In this document: positions 26,685 to 36,133 of the stretch, piece by piece
Layout: every line of letters starts with the position of its first letter
How positions within the stretch are numbered: position 1 is the stretch's first letter
Notes under the pieces: model-generated
Seen by the model: only the letters and a program-made list of their open reading frames with translations
The model's database searches: none
Told to the model about the DNA's origin: nothing
Made by a program: the position numbers and the translations under genes
Assembly (NCBI GenBank): GCA_016720565.1
Contig: JADKKJ010000001.1
Location: 744,929 to 808,928, forward strand
Origin: Chitinophagaceae bacterium
GTDB lineage: Bacteria > Bacteroidota > Bacteroidia > Chitinophagales > Chitinophagaceae
Length of the DNA stretch: 64,000 bases
Reading direction: 5' to 3'

Positions 26685-27869
26685 ATGGACAAGATCATAT
26701 TCACCGAAGAATTTTGCCAGCCCGAAAACCTATTTCCTTTTACACTTACCCGGCAGATACAGGATATCCGAATAGGAATTCTCACGATTCGTGAGAAATG
26801 GGAAAGAATGTTGAAACTGATCTCCTACGATAAAAAGGAGGATGATTATAAAGACCTGGGCAGGTCGGTCAATATTGATGAGGCCATTGACCCCAAAGGA
26901 TCCTGTTATATCATACATGGCAATCTTCTTCCTACCAGGGCCCTGGTAAAAGCCATCAAAGGGCTGAAGAATGGAGAATTCATCTCATCTGGTTCCGGCA
27001 CAGGGATCGTTTATAAAACAGGCAGTGCTGAGATCATAGACCGGTTCAGGATCAAAGTGGGCAAGTCTGTGCTGTTTAATGAACCTGTCACGAGTATACA
27101 ATACCCCTGGGATATATTCCAGCAAAATGCCTGGGCCATAGAAGAGGATTTCTCCCTGCTGGTTAAAGGAAGGGTCACCCAGAAGCCATCCCGTACAAAT
27201 AAATTAAAGGGATCGGCAAAGATCTTTTTGGAGAAGGGAGTAAAAATGGAACATTGCATCATTAATGCAACGGAAGGCCCTGTTTATATTGGTAAGAACG
27301 CGAATATCATGGAAGGGTGTTTGATCCGCGGACCTGTGGCCATTGGTGAGGGAGCCATTTTAAAAATGGGTACCAGGGTTTATGGGGCCACTACGATCGG
27401 GCCTTTTTCAGTGGCAGGCGGCGAAATAAAGAACAGTGTGCTCTTTGGATATTCCAATAAGGCACATGATGGTTACCTGGGAGATTCGGTGATTGGTGAA
27501 TGGTGCAATATGGGTGCAGGCAGCAGTAATTCCAATATTAAGAATAATGCCAGTGAGGTAAGGGTCTGGACGACTTCCGGAGAGAAGAATGCAGGGATGA
27601 AATGCGGCGTGATGATGGGTGATTATTCCCGCACTGCGATCAATACTTCCATTAATACAGGAACCATCATTGGTGTTTGCTGTAATGTATTTGGTAATGG
27701 GCTTACCCCTAAATACATTCCTAACTTCAGCTGGGGCAGCGAAGGGCTTCGAAGTTATGAATGGGAAAAAGTGCTGGAAGATATTGAAGGCTGGAAAAAA
27801 ATGAAAGGAAGATCGCTGAGTGAAGAAGAGAAAGGAATACTGCAGTACATTTACCGGAAATACGAATAA
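26685..27869 (+). CDS. GlmU-like putative sugar nucleotidyltransferase/acetyltransferase (Bacteroidota type)
   Basis: N-terminal LFPFTLTRQIQDIRIGILTIREKW; C-terminal hexapeptide (LbH) repeats with NKAHDGYLGDSVIGEWCNMGAG. Confidence 0.85.
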   Translation: MDKIIFTEEFCQPENLFPFTLTRQIQDIRIGILTIREKWERMLKLISYDKKEDDYKDLGRSVNIDEAIDPKGSCYIIHGNLLPTRALVKAIKGLKNGEFISSGSGTGIVYKTGSAEIIDRFRIKVGKSVLFNEPVTSIQYPWDIFQQNAWAIEEDFSLLVKGRVTQKPSRTNKLKGSAKIFLEKGVKMEHCIINATEGPVYIGKNANIMEGCLIRGPVAIGEGAILKMGTRVYGATTIGPFSVAGGEIKNSVLFGYSNKAHDGYLGDSVIGEWCNMGAGSSNSNIKNNASEVRVWTTSGEKNAGMKCGVMMGDYSRTAINTSINTGTIIGVCCNVFGNGLTPKYIPNFSWGSEGLRSYEWEKVLEDIEGWKKMKGRSLSEEEKGILQYIYRKYE

Positions 27870-27887
27870 AACTACGGGAAGGAAAAT

Positions 27888-28649
27888 ATGAGAAAACAAA
27901 TAGCGGCCGCTAACTGGAAGATGAACCTGACCTATCAGCAGGCGGAAAAATTATTAGATGAGATACTGTCGGAAGGAATCGTTTTAGAGGAACAACAGGA
28001 AGTGATATTTGCTGTTCCTTTTCCTTACCTTATCATGACCAAAAGCGAAACTTCCGATGAAAGGCATTTTGAAGTGGCCGCCCAAAACTGCCATCATCGA
28101 TCCAACGGGGCTTATACCGGGGAGATATCTGTTGAGATGCTGCAGTCACTGAATATCCCATACTGTATTGTTGGGCATAGCGAAAGAAGGGAATATAATG
28201 CAGAAACCCATGAAATGCTGGCGGATAAAGTGGATCTACTTTTAGAAGCAGGGATCAGACCGATCTTTTGCTGCGGAGAACCGCTGGACATCCGGGAAGC
28301 CGGTACCCAAAACGAATATGTTGCAAAGCAATTGAATGAATCTGTTTTTCACCTCGATGCATCTTCATTTAATAAACTGGTGATCGCCTATGAACCTATA
28401 TGGGCCATTGGTACCGGTAAGACCGCCAGTACTGCGCAGGCCCAGGAAATGCATCAGTTCATCCGTACTGAGATCGCAAAAAAATATGGAGGCGAACTTG
28501 CAGCAGAGATATCCATATTATATGGTGGTAGTGTGAAGGCCGGGAATGCGGTGGAATTGTTTTCCTGCCCGGATGTGGATGGGGGACTGGTAGGTGGTGC
28601 CTCACTGTTGGCCAATGATTTTATTGCTATTATCAGGGCGTTGAAATAA
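27888..28649 (+). CDS. tpiA: Triosephosphate isomerase
   Basis: AANWKM, GAYTGE, GHSERR, AYEPIWAIGTG, YGGSV, LVGGASL. Confidence 0.98.
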   Translation: MRKQIAAANWKMNLTYQQAEKLLDEILSEGIVLEEQQEVIFAVPFPYLIMTKSETSDERHFEVAAQNCHHRSNGAYTGEISVEMLQSLNIPYCIVGHSERREYNAETHEMLADKVDLLLEAGIRPIFCCGEPLDIREAGTQNEYVAKQLNESVFHLDASSFNKLVIAYEPIWAIGTGKTASTAQAQEMHQFIRTEIAKKYGGELAAEISILYGGSVKAGNAVELFSCPDVDGGLVGGASLLANDFIAIIRALK

Positions 28650-28671
28650 GGACATAAACCGGAATATTTTC

Positions 28672-29652
28672 TCAGGCAGTGGCAGGTACCGCATTAGACG
28701 CTGGCATAGTTACCGTGTCGATATCATTCAGTTTGCCCAGGTCGAGTATGGTCTTGGATTTATCTTCATTTGGCTCATACATCATTTTGAATTTTGCTCC
28801 CCATACGATCTCTGATGAAATATAAGAAGTGCGGGTGATCACGTTATTGGAGAATACCTGGTCGAATGCCTTTACATAAACCATCAACTCAATATCAGTG
28901 GCGGCGATATCGCTGGATGTCCACCCGAAGAAAGGGCTTTTCTCATCAATAGGGTGGACAATTGTCCAGCTTAGGGCTAACCCGGAAATATGGCCATATT
29001 CAAGGTCAAGGTCATAGAATTTATCAGTAAGTTTTCCATTCTCTTCGGTGGTCACAGCCATGGTCAGCTTAACTTCCACATCTGAGAGATTATTATTTTT
29101 ATAGGGCGCAACCCGGAACATCAGTGCAGTACCACCCCGGTATGGAGAGATCAGCGCTTTATCTGAAAACTTCAGGAATATCCTCGGCCTGGAGAACCTT
29201 CCATAAAATAAGCCGGTGGCAATAGCGAAACTCAGCAACCCAAGGAAAGCTTCAAAAGTAGAAACAGCGCTGGTAAGAAAGCCTGAAGGACTGATCCTTC
29301 CATATCCTACCGTAGTGAAAGTCTGGGTGCTGAAAAAAAAGATCTCTGTAAACTCTTTTACGGGGTCAGTATGATCAATGCCCGCCAGGTGCTGCGACCC
29401 AATGAGGTAATAAACACCTGCAAATAAAATATTGACCAGTATATAGACCACAAAAAGCAGGGATAAAAATTTTCCTCTTCGCATACCCAGCATGGTGTGG
29501 TACCAGCTGTAACGATTCAGCAGTCCAACGCCTTTTTTGATCACATTAGGCTTCCCATCGCGGTTAATGAACCTGCCCCCCGTGCTGCTGCTATTAGTAC
29601 CAAAACCGGTGTTCAGGTCCTGCTGAAGATTGTTTTTCCTGAAAATGGCCAT
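28672..29652 (-). CDS. Inward-rectifier-type potassium channel (KirBac family)
   Basis: NRDGKPNV, FFSTQTFTTVGYG selectivity filter, ATGLFYGRFSRP, cytoplasmic domain LSWTIVHPIDEKSPF. Start trimmed to ATG at 29652. Confidence 0.92.
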   Translation of the reverse strand: MAIFRKNNLQQDLNTGFGTNSSSTGGRFINRDGKPNVIKKGVGLLNRYSWYHTMLGMRRGKFLSLLFVVYILVNILFAGVYYLIGSQHLAGIDHTDPVKEFTEIFFFSTQTFTTVGYGRISPSGFLTSAVSTFEAFLGLLSFAIATGLFYGRFSRPRIFLKFSDKALISPYRGGTALMFRVAPYKNNNLSDVEVKLTMAVTTEENGKLTDKFYDLDLEYGHISGLALSWTIVHPIDEKSPFFGWTSSDIAATDIELMVYVKAFDQVFSNNVITRTSYISSEIVWGAKFKMMYEPNEDKSKTILDLGKLNDIDTVTMPASNAVPATA

Positions 29653-29693
29653 TATCAAATTTAGAATTATTTGAATTACCTTTTCAGCCTATC

Positions 29694-30839
29694 ATGGGAA
29701 GGAAAAAAATTCTTTGGCTTTGCAGCTGGTATCCCGGCAGGGCTGAACCATTCAATGGAGATTTCGTGCAAAGGCATGCTTTTGCTGCTGCTCATTATCA
29801 TGATATCCATGTAATCCATGTATATGCCGATCCTTCAGGCAAGATCCTTAAACGGGAGGAAAATTTTTATAACAGGGAAGGAGTTACAGAACACATCATT
29901 GAATTTCCCAAAAGGAATGGGTTCATTTCCAGGTCGCTGGCTCATTTCCGTTTATTGCAGTCCTATCACCAGGCCATTCGCAGGTATATTAAAATGAATG
30001 GACTGCCAGACCTGGTTCATGTGCATGTTCCGATCTGGGCAGGGAAGGCGGCCCTTTGGATAAAAAAGAATTACGGGATACCCTTTGTCACTACTGAACA
30101 CTGGGCGATCTATAACGACCAGGTAGCGAATAACTATTTCAGCAAATCGAAGCGATTTAAATATTTCACTCGTAAGATATTTACCGGGTCATCTATGTTC
30201 TTTCCGGTTTGTGATTACCTGGCAGAGGGGGTATACAAGCTGGTGGCGCCTGTAAAATATGTCACCATTGAGAATACCGTAGATACCCGTTATTTCAAAC
30301 CGGGTGATTTTCGCGGGAATAGTTTTCAATTTATACATATATCCAACATGGAAGATCGGAAGAATGTGCCAGGGATCATCAGGGCTTTTTCCAGGCTGGC
30401 CTCGGGCAGAAATGATATAAGCCTGGTGATCGTTGGACCCGCTGATGAACAACTAAAACAGTATGCCCGGGACCATCATTCCGCTATTCAATTTACCGGT
30501 GAGATATCCTATTTAAAGGTGGCCGATAATTTGAAAAAGGCCAATGCCCTGGTACTTTTCAGCGAAGTGGAAAATTCACCCTGTGTAATAGGAGAAGCTC
30601 TATGTTGCGGAGTTCCGGTGATATCTTCCCGGGTAGGTGGTATCCCTGAATTGGTAGATGAGTCAAATGGGCTGTTGGTTAATGCAGCTGATGAGGAAGC
30701 TCTGCTGAATGCCATGGCAACCATGGTTGACAAAAAAAGGCAGTTTGGCCAACAGGACATTTCAGTCCGGGCGGCCAGTCGCTTTTCCTATGAAATCGTT
30801 GGGAAAAAGATCAGCGATCAATATGAAGCGCTGGTATAA
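29694..30839 (+). CDS. Glycosyltransferase family 4
   Basis: WYP..G.FV..HA N-terminus, DLVHVH, ENSPCVIGEALCCGVPVISSRVGGIPELV. Confidence 0.9.
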   Translation: MGRKKILWLCSWYPGRAEPFNGDFVQRHAFAAAHYHDIHVIHVYADPSGKILKREENFYNREGVTEHIIEFPKRNGFISRSLAHFRLLQSYHQAIRRYIKMNGLPDLVHVHVPIWAGKAALWIKKNYGIPFVTTEHWAIYNDQVANNYFSKSKRFKYFTRKIFTGSSMFFPVCDYLAEGVYKLVAPVKYVTIENTVDTRYFKPGDFRGNSFQFIHISNMEDRKNVPGIIRAFSRLASGRNDISLVIVGPADEQLKQYARDHHSAIQFTGEISYLKVADNLKKANALVLFSEVENSPCVIGEALCCGVPVISSRVGGIPELVDESNGLLVNAADEEALLNAMATMVDKKRQFGQQDISVRAASRFSYEIVGKKISDQYEALV

Positions 30840-30843
30840 AAAA

Positions 30844-31101
30844 TCAGTTTTTGAGTTTTTCTACAAGGGCCACATATTCTTTCATGGCCTCTTCTTTTGA
30901 TCTTCCTTTCAGTGCCGACCAGGCCTCGTGTTTGGCCTTGTTCACAAAATCAAAAGGATTGGAGGGCGGATCCGTATTTACATCTCCTGCCGTTGCCTGC
31001 TTGAAGAGGGAATATAATTGCAATAAAACCTCATTGGAAGGTTTATCGCGCAGTTCTTTGCTGTCGGTAACAGCCTTTTCAAAAAGTTGTTGAATTTCCA
31101 T
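30844..31101 (-). CDS. Acyl-CoA-binding protein (ACBP)
   Basis: FEKAV..KPSNEVLLQLYSLFKQATAGD..KAKHEAW..SKEEAMKEYVALVEKL. Confidence 0.93.
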   Translation of the reverse strand: MEIQQLFEKAVTDSKELRDKPSNEVLLQLYSLFKQATAGDVNTDPPSNPFDFVNKAKHEAWSALKGRSKEEAMKEYVALVEKLKN

Positions 31102-31109
31102 GAAGTGGT

Positions 31110-32132
31110 TTATTTGGTTCTCGCGTTATCAATAAAAATATCCTGTACCTGTTTGCGGCTTTCGATGGTGCTGAAGAATTCTTCCAGGTACTCGACCATA
31201 CTTTTCCTTGTTCTGGCAGAGATAAGGCTGAATTCATTTACGTATTTAAGCATCTCTTCTTTTTTTGCCCTGAATTTATCAAGGCATAATTGAAGTTCTT
31301 CCATGGTACGTGGAAAACCACGGTAAACCCTTTCTGTAACTTTTTCCGTACCAATGATCTCACTGGGTACCGCATAGCCCGCATCCACCAGGCCACTAAA
31401 GTCGAAATCATAGGCAACGGCATAGGGCAGGGCAGCGTCATTCTTTTTTGGCCAGATCAGAGCGATATTATGATTATTAGGCACGGCCCAGTCTGTATTG
31501 CCGATCATATATTGAAACAGGGTGACCAGGGTCATCATATTACGGTCGGTTGCCTCCTGGTTATAGGCTGGGAACAATGTTTTTTTGCGGCAATCATTTC
31601 TTTTGGCCATATCCGCATCGTCCTCGATCAAAAATGAATACTGCGTATAGTTTTTAAACTTTCCGTTGATATCGGAATAATTCACTTTTAACAACCGCAC
31701 ACGGAAAGAACGATCATCCAGCATATTATAAAGCTTATAACACACAAATTCTTTCAGCAGCAATTCTTCATCCGCGCTGCTGGTGCCGCAACCATGTACC
31801 AGTTTAAGTTTGCCTAAGGAAGAAAGCGGGGAAGAAGCATTGACCCGGAAGTCAAGTTTCATGGGAGGGATCTTGCAGTTCTGCCTCCTGTTAACACCGC
31901 GGGGCGATACTTTGATATCTTCTTCGTATACCTCACCACCCGGCATGGTGATCTTTACTGAACCGGGTATGAATACCGGTTTGCCTTTTTGCGATTGCAG
32001 TCCTTTGAGATCTGTTGTCAGATCCATATTGACCAATCCTTCGTCAAGGAAGAATTTAATAGAATCAATGCGCTGTGCAGATAAGGTGAGGCCCAGGCAG
32101 AGAATGGCTAATAAGCAGTAGAATCTTTTCAT
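31110..32132 (-). CDS. Secreted protein with CotH-kinase-like motifs
   Basis: Signal MKRFYCLLAILCLGLTLSAQ; PRGVNRR..PPMKLDF, KLKLV, E..CYKLYN, IGNTDW..HNIAL..YDFDFSG. Confidence 0.55.
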   Translation of the reverse strand: MKRFYCLLAILCLGLTLSAQRIDSIKFFLDEGLVNMDLTTDLKGLQSQKGKPVFIPGSVKITMPGGEVYEEDIKVSPRGVNRRQNCKIPPMKLDFRVNASSPLSSLGKLKLVHGCGTSSADEELLLKEFVCYKLYNMLDDRSFRVRLLKVNYSDINGKFKNYTQYSFLIEDDADMAKRNDCRKKTLFPAYNQEATDRNMMTLVTLFQYMIGNTDWAVPNNHNIALIWPKKNDAALPYAVAYDFDFSGLVDAGYAVPSEIIGTEKVTERVYRGFPRTMEELQLCLDKFRAKKEEMLKYVNEFSLISARTRKSMVEYLEEFFSTIESRKQVQDIFIDNARTK

Positions 32133-32178
32133 ATCAGGTTTGTTATTCTGAATATACAAAAAAATCTATTTCAAGCCC

Positions 32179-33798
32179 TTATTTGAGAATATCCTGCAGG
32201 GGCTCACCTATGCATCCGCTGGGCATTTGAATATGAAGAAGGGCAGCCAGGGTAGGAGCGATATCGGTCATATACACTTCCTTATTCGACTTGCCTGCCC
32301 TGATACCCCAGCCATACCATAGCAGGGGGATATGGGCATCATAAGGATTCCATAGCCCGTGAGTGGTGCCTGTGGAGGAATAGGCGTCTATATAACCCGG
32401 TTTTAAGATCATTTGAAGGTCTCCTGATCTCCTTGGATAATAACCGTTGTTGATCATTTTTCGAATAGTGGCAGGAAGAGGAACTGTATTTAATTTTTCC
32501 AAAGGGAAGGCCCGGTCGATGCCGGGTTCCTGGTATAATCTTTTTTCCAGCCAGCTCAATAATTCAGATTCGTTGATACCGGCAGAATCGATCTTATTAT
32601 GATCCAGGGCCAGCTGGTAATTATCACTGGAAAGGATCATCGGACCCATCTTATATTTTGTGGCCAGTTCTGCATTCAGCGTTTTTACCAGGTTTCCAAT
32701 ATAAAATCTTCCACCCGGAAGTTTATGCTCATTTGAAAATTCAGGGGCCTGTACCACTCCATGATCTGCGGAGAGAAAAACAGTGTATTGCCCTTTGCCC
32801 ACCTTTGTATCCAGGTAATCCAGTAAAGCGCCCAGGTCTTTATCCAGACGCAGCATACCATCTTCCGCTTCAATGGAATTGGGACCGAAAGAATGGCCAA
32901 TATAATCGGTAGATGAAAAACTGATAGTAAGCAGATCGGTGAAATTATCCATTCCCAATTGTTCAGCGGTGATGGCCATTTTCGCGAATTCGGCCGTCAT
33001 ACTATTCCCCATAGGGGTTGTGGCGATCCTGCCATAGTCTTTACCCACCAGGTCTTTCATATCATAGGGAAATGCCTTTCCAAATATCCTTGCCTCATAG
33101 GTCATTGAATCTGCTGTACTCTGTACGTATGTATTGGCAGGATATAGCAGGCTCCACCCTTTCTCATAATATTTATCTACGATTCTCTGATCATTGAATG
33201 CGTTCACCCATGCTGGCAGTTCATTCATGTAATAGCTGGAACTGATCCACTTTCCTGTCGTGTTATCATACCAGTAGGCTGCATTGGCGCTATGGCCGGC
33301 TGGTATAATACTGCCACGGTCTTTGAGTGCAACGCCCACTACCTTGCTCCTGAAATTAGTGGCCATCCTTAACTCATCGCCAATGGTGGTCACGAGCAGG
33401 TTGCGCGGACTCATTTGCCCTATTTTGTTATCAGCCCCGATCGTGTTCACTGTTTTATCTTCCGAACAATAAACAACACGTTTTTTTTCTTTATCCCACC
33501 ATTGATTTCCTGTAATACCATTTATAGCGGGGGCGGAGCCAGTGTAGATGCAGGCGTGACCGCAACCAGTTACGGTGGGTGCATAGGGGATCATGGTATT
33601 CTCATAACTGAACCCCTGGCCCAGCATTCTTTTAAATCCTCCTTTTGCTTCATAGCGGTCATAATACCTGTATAAATAATCCCAGCGCATTTGGTCAACT
33701 ACGATGCCCACTACCAGTTTAGGCCTGGAAATTACGTTTTGGGAATATGTTTGTGTAAGCAGAACAAAGGATATCAGCAATGCGAAGAAACGGTGCAT
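32179..33798 (-). CDS. pafA: Alkaline phosphatase, PafA family
   Basis: PKLVVGIVVDQMRWDYL, PTVTGCGHACIYTG, ALKDRGSI, SSTDYIGHSFGP, LSADHG, GTTHG. Confidence 0.93.
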   Translation of the reverse strand: MHRFFALLISFVLLTQTYSQNVISRPKLVVGIVVDQMRWDYLYRYYDRYEAKGGFKRMLGQGFSYENTMIPYAPTVTGCGHACIYTGSAPAINGITGNQWWDKEKKRVVYCSEDKTVNTIGADNKIGQMSPRNLLVTTIGDELRMATNFRSKVVGVALKDRGSIIPAGHSANAAYWYDNTTGKWISSSYYMNELPAWVNAFNDQRIVDKYYEKGWSLLYPANTYVQSTADSMTYEARIFGKAFPYDMKDLVGKDYGRIATTPMGNSMTAEFAKMAITAEQLGMDNFTDLLTISFSSTDYIGHSFGPNSIEAEDGMLRLDKDLGALLDYLDTKVGKGQYTVFLSADHGVVQAPEFSNEHKLPGGRFYIGNLVKTLNAELATKYKMGPMILSSDNYQLALDHNKIDSAGINESELLSWLEKRLYQEPGIDRAFPLEKLNTVPLPATIRKMINNGYYPRRSGDLQMILKPGYIDAYSSTGTTHGLWNPYDAHIPLLWYGWGIRAGKSNKEVYMTDIAPTLAALLHIQMPSGCIGEPLQDILK

Positions 33799-33854
33799 GG
33801 AAATAATTTTAGCAAATGTAGGATATTGACCGGGTTGGGAATATCAATCAAATG

Positions 33855-35048
33855 TTATTGAAGCCGACGGAACAAAAATGCGCAAAAAATACAACAGCCG
33901 CCCACGATCCACCAGAGAAAATGGAAACCCTTTACATCCGCCAATGCGGCTGCCCCCATGGGACCCAGGGTTTGTGCTGCAGACCAGGCCATGGTATACA
34001 TGGCGGCATATTGGCCCCGGTTATTGTCTTTGGTACGGGCAATCCAATAGGTATTCATAAATGGCATGGCGAATATTTCACCGATGGTCACGATGCAGAT
34101 CATTAAGAGAAGATAAAGCCCGGTAATGCCGGGAAGATTCAGTGATAAAAATGATAATCCCACAAAAAACACCCCCAGGGAGATCAGGGAGATATTCCTT
34201 CGTTTTCCTTCCATCTTGTATACAAATACCATTTCCAGAATGGCGATCATTACTCCGTTTATCGACATGATAAATCCAATAAATCCTTCTGATAAATGAA
34301 GGTCCTTTCGGAAATAAACAGGAAGATTCGTGAATATTTGGAAAAAACAGGCAGCAAACAGGGTAGTGAACAGAATAAAATACATGAATTGCCTGTCGAG
34401 ATAGGCTGGCAACTGTTTTATTGTTTCTTTGATCCTGTCCCTATGCGGCACAATGGCTTTCACTGGTTTCAGGAACATCCAGATCAGCAGGGCGGCGGAA
34501 ATATTGGTGATACCATCTACCCAGAAAAGATATTCATAATTCAGTTCCGCCAGAACACCACCTACAGCTACTCCAACGGCCCAGCCCAGGTTGATGGCCA
34601 GCCGGTTCAATGCATAGGAGCGGGTTCGATTTGATTCTTTACTGTAAAAAGCAATAGCGGTAGAATTGGCAGGGCGAAAAGATTCATTGACAAAACTGAG
34701 CAGGAAGGTGAAGACACAGATCAGTGGATAGGTCTTCATCTGGCCCAGTACAATAAAAAGTATCCCTCCTCCAAGTAGGGTGACCCATTGAACAGGGTAA
34801 AACCCGATCTTATCGGTGAGCCTGCCACCAAACCAGGCCCCTGAAAAAGCGCCGGCTCCGAAAAGTCCAAATACGATACCTGCCTTTGAGATGCTGTAAC
34901 CCATTTCAGGACTGGTAAGGTAAAGGGTCATGAAAGGTATCACCATGGTACCGCTGCGATTGATCAGCATGATCAGGGAAAGCAGCCAGGTTTCACGGGA
35001 TAAACCGGAATAGGCGTTCTTGTAGGTCCTTATTGTTGCCTGGAACAT
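33855..35048 (-). CDS. MFS transporter (MdtH-like)
   Basis: About 12 TM segments; motif A GGRLTDKIGFY; RTRSYALNRLAINLGWAVG. Confidence 0.9.
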   Translation of the reverse strand: MFQATIRTYKNAYSGLSRETWLLSLIMLINRSGTMVIPFMTLYLTSPEMGYSISKAGIVFGLFGAGAFSGAWFGGRLTDKIGFYPVQWVTLLGGGILFIVLGQMKTYPLICVFTFLLSFVNESFRPANSTAIAFYSKESNRTRSYALNRLAINLGWAVGVAVGGVLAELNYEYLFWVDGITNISAALLIWMFLKPVKAIVPHRDRIKETIKQLPAYLDRQFMYFILFTTLFAACFFQIFTNLPVYFRKDLHLSEGFIGFIMSINGVMIAILEMVFVYKMEGKRRNISLISLGVFFVGLSFLSLNLPGITGLYLLLMICIVTIGEIFAMPFMNTYWIARTKDNNRGQYAAMYTMAWSAAQTLGPMGAAALADVKGFHFLWWIVGGCCIFCAFLFRRLQ

Positions 35049-35174
35049 TTGATCAAATTTATCGAAATAGGGGCTACGCTGGCAACAGATCGCTGTTTTT
35101 AAACGATTTGATGATCGGTCATTTGCAGATCATATCTTTTATTAAATTCACGCATTATTAAATTAAAAACTACC

Positions 35175-35519
35175 ATGAAGAAATTTCTTGTCCTCACCAT
35201 GCTGGCAAGCACCGTATTTTTCCTGAGCAATTGCGGATCGGCTAAAAAAGCTGCCGCCCCCAGGAAATTGACCTATAAAACGGATATAAGTGTATTGATA
35301 GATCAGAATTGTTCACCTTGTCATATCCCTTCTAAGGGAGGTAAGAAAAAAGCCTTTGATAATTATGCATCCGTGAAGATGGATATTGATGATATGATCA
35401 AAAGGATCGATTTGCAACCTACTGACCGTGGATTTATGCCTTTCAGAGGTAAAAAACTCAGCGATAGTACCATCAATGCATTTAAACAATGGAGAACAGA
35501 CGGAGTTCTGGAGAATTAA
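35175..35519 (+). CDS. Small mono-haem c-type cytochrome lipoprotein
   Basis: Lipobox LSNC, CSPCH haem motif, distal MP methionine. Confidence 0.75.
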   Translation: MKKFLVLTMLASTVFFLSNCGSAKKAAAPRKLTYKTDISVLIDQNCSPCHIPSKGGKKKAFDNYASVKMDIDDMIKRIDLQPTDRGFMPFRGKKLSDSTINAFKQWRTDGVLEN

Positions 35520-35521
35520 TT

Positions 35522-35550
35522 AAAAAGACCCGCCTTGGCGGGTCTTTTTT
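35522..35550. terminator. Bidirectional terminator between convergent genes
   Basis: AAAAAGACCCGC-CTTG-GCGGGTCTTTTT. Confidence 0.85.
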
Positions 35551-35555
35551 TATAG

Positions 35556-36017
35556 CTATTTTTTCAGGAGCAGGTCATAAATATCTTTTGTCCACTCCGC
35601 CCTGTAAACGGTCACAGAATAGTTCTTCGGATCTCCGGGAATTTCGATCATAAGTTTATCCTCAAACCTGGATATATATTGATTGCCGTTCAATTTGATC
35701 CATTCATACTCTTTTTTCTCTAAAATAGCATGCAGGTAAATATTTCGGATGGAATCACTCATGGTCACTGTCTTTTCGCTGATGCAGGTCCTGCGTTTAT
35801 CAAAACTGCAAACGATCTTTACCTGGCCCTGACCGGGATCTTTAAAAGAAAGGGTCGTGGTTGTGCCCAGTTCTGTGATGACCGGCCTAAGGCCGGCATT
35901 GGTATTTTTCCAGGTCTCCAGTTCTTTTTTCACCTCTGTTTTCGACTTGCCAATATAGGTTTGACCCAAGACCAGCAGGGGAGAGAAACCGATCAGCATC
36001 AGGAAAATTTTTAACAT
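35556..36017 (-). CDS. Hypothetical exported protein
   Basis: Signal-like MLKIFLMLIGFSPLLVLGQ. A TAAATTTG box lies between the track start and this ATG, so the start was trimmed. Confidence 0.65.
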   Translation of the reverse strand: MLKIFLMLIGFSPLLVLGQTYIGKSKTEVKKELETWKNTNAGLRPVITELGTTTTLSFKDPGQGQVKIVCSFDKRRTCISEKTVTMSDSIRNIYLHAILEKKEYEWIKLNGNQYISRFEDKLMIEIPGDPKNYSVTVYRAEWTKDIYDLLLKK

Positions 36018-36086
36018 AGTATTTTTTGTAGATCTGGACGCAAATTTAGGCCTTCCCGTTGTACTCACCAATCCAGCTGGAAAGGA

Positions 36087-36113
36087 TAAAAAAAGGACCG
36101 CCGAAGCGGTCCT
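36087..36113 (-). terminator. Terminator with UUCG tetraloop
   Basis: Minus strand AGGACCGC-TTCG-GCGGTCCT followed by T7. Confidence 0.85.
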
Positions 36114-36133
36114 GATCAGGATCTATTAGATCA

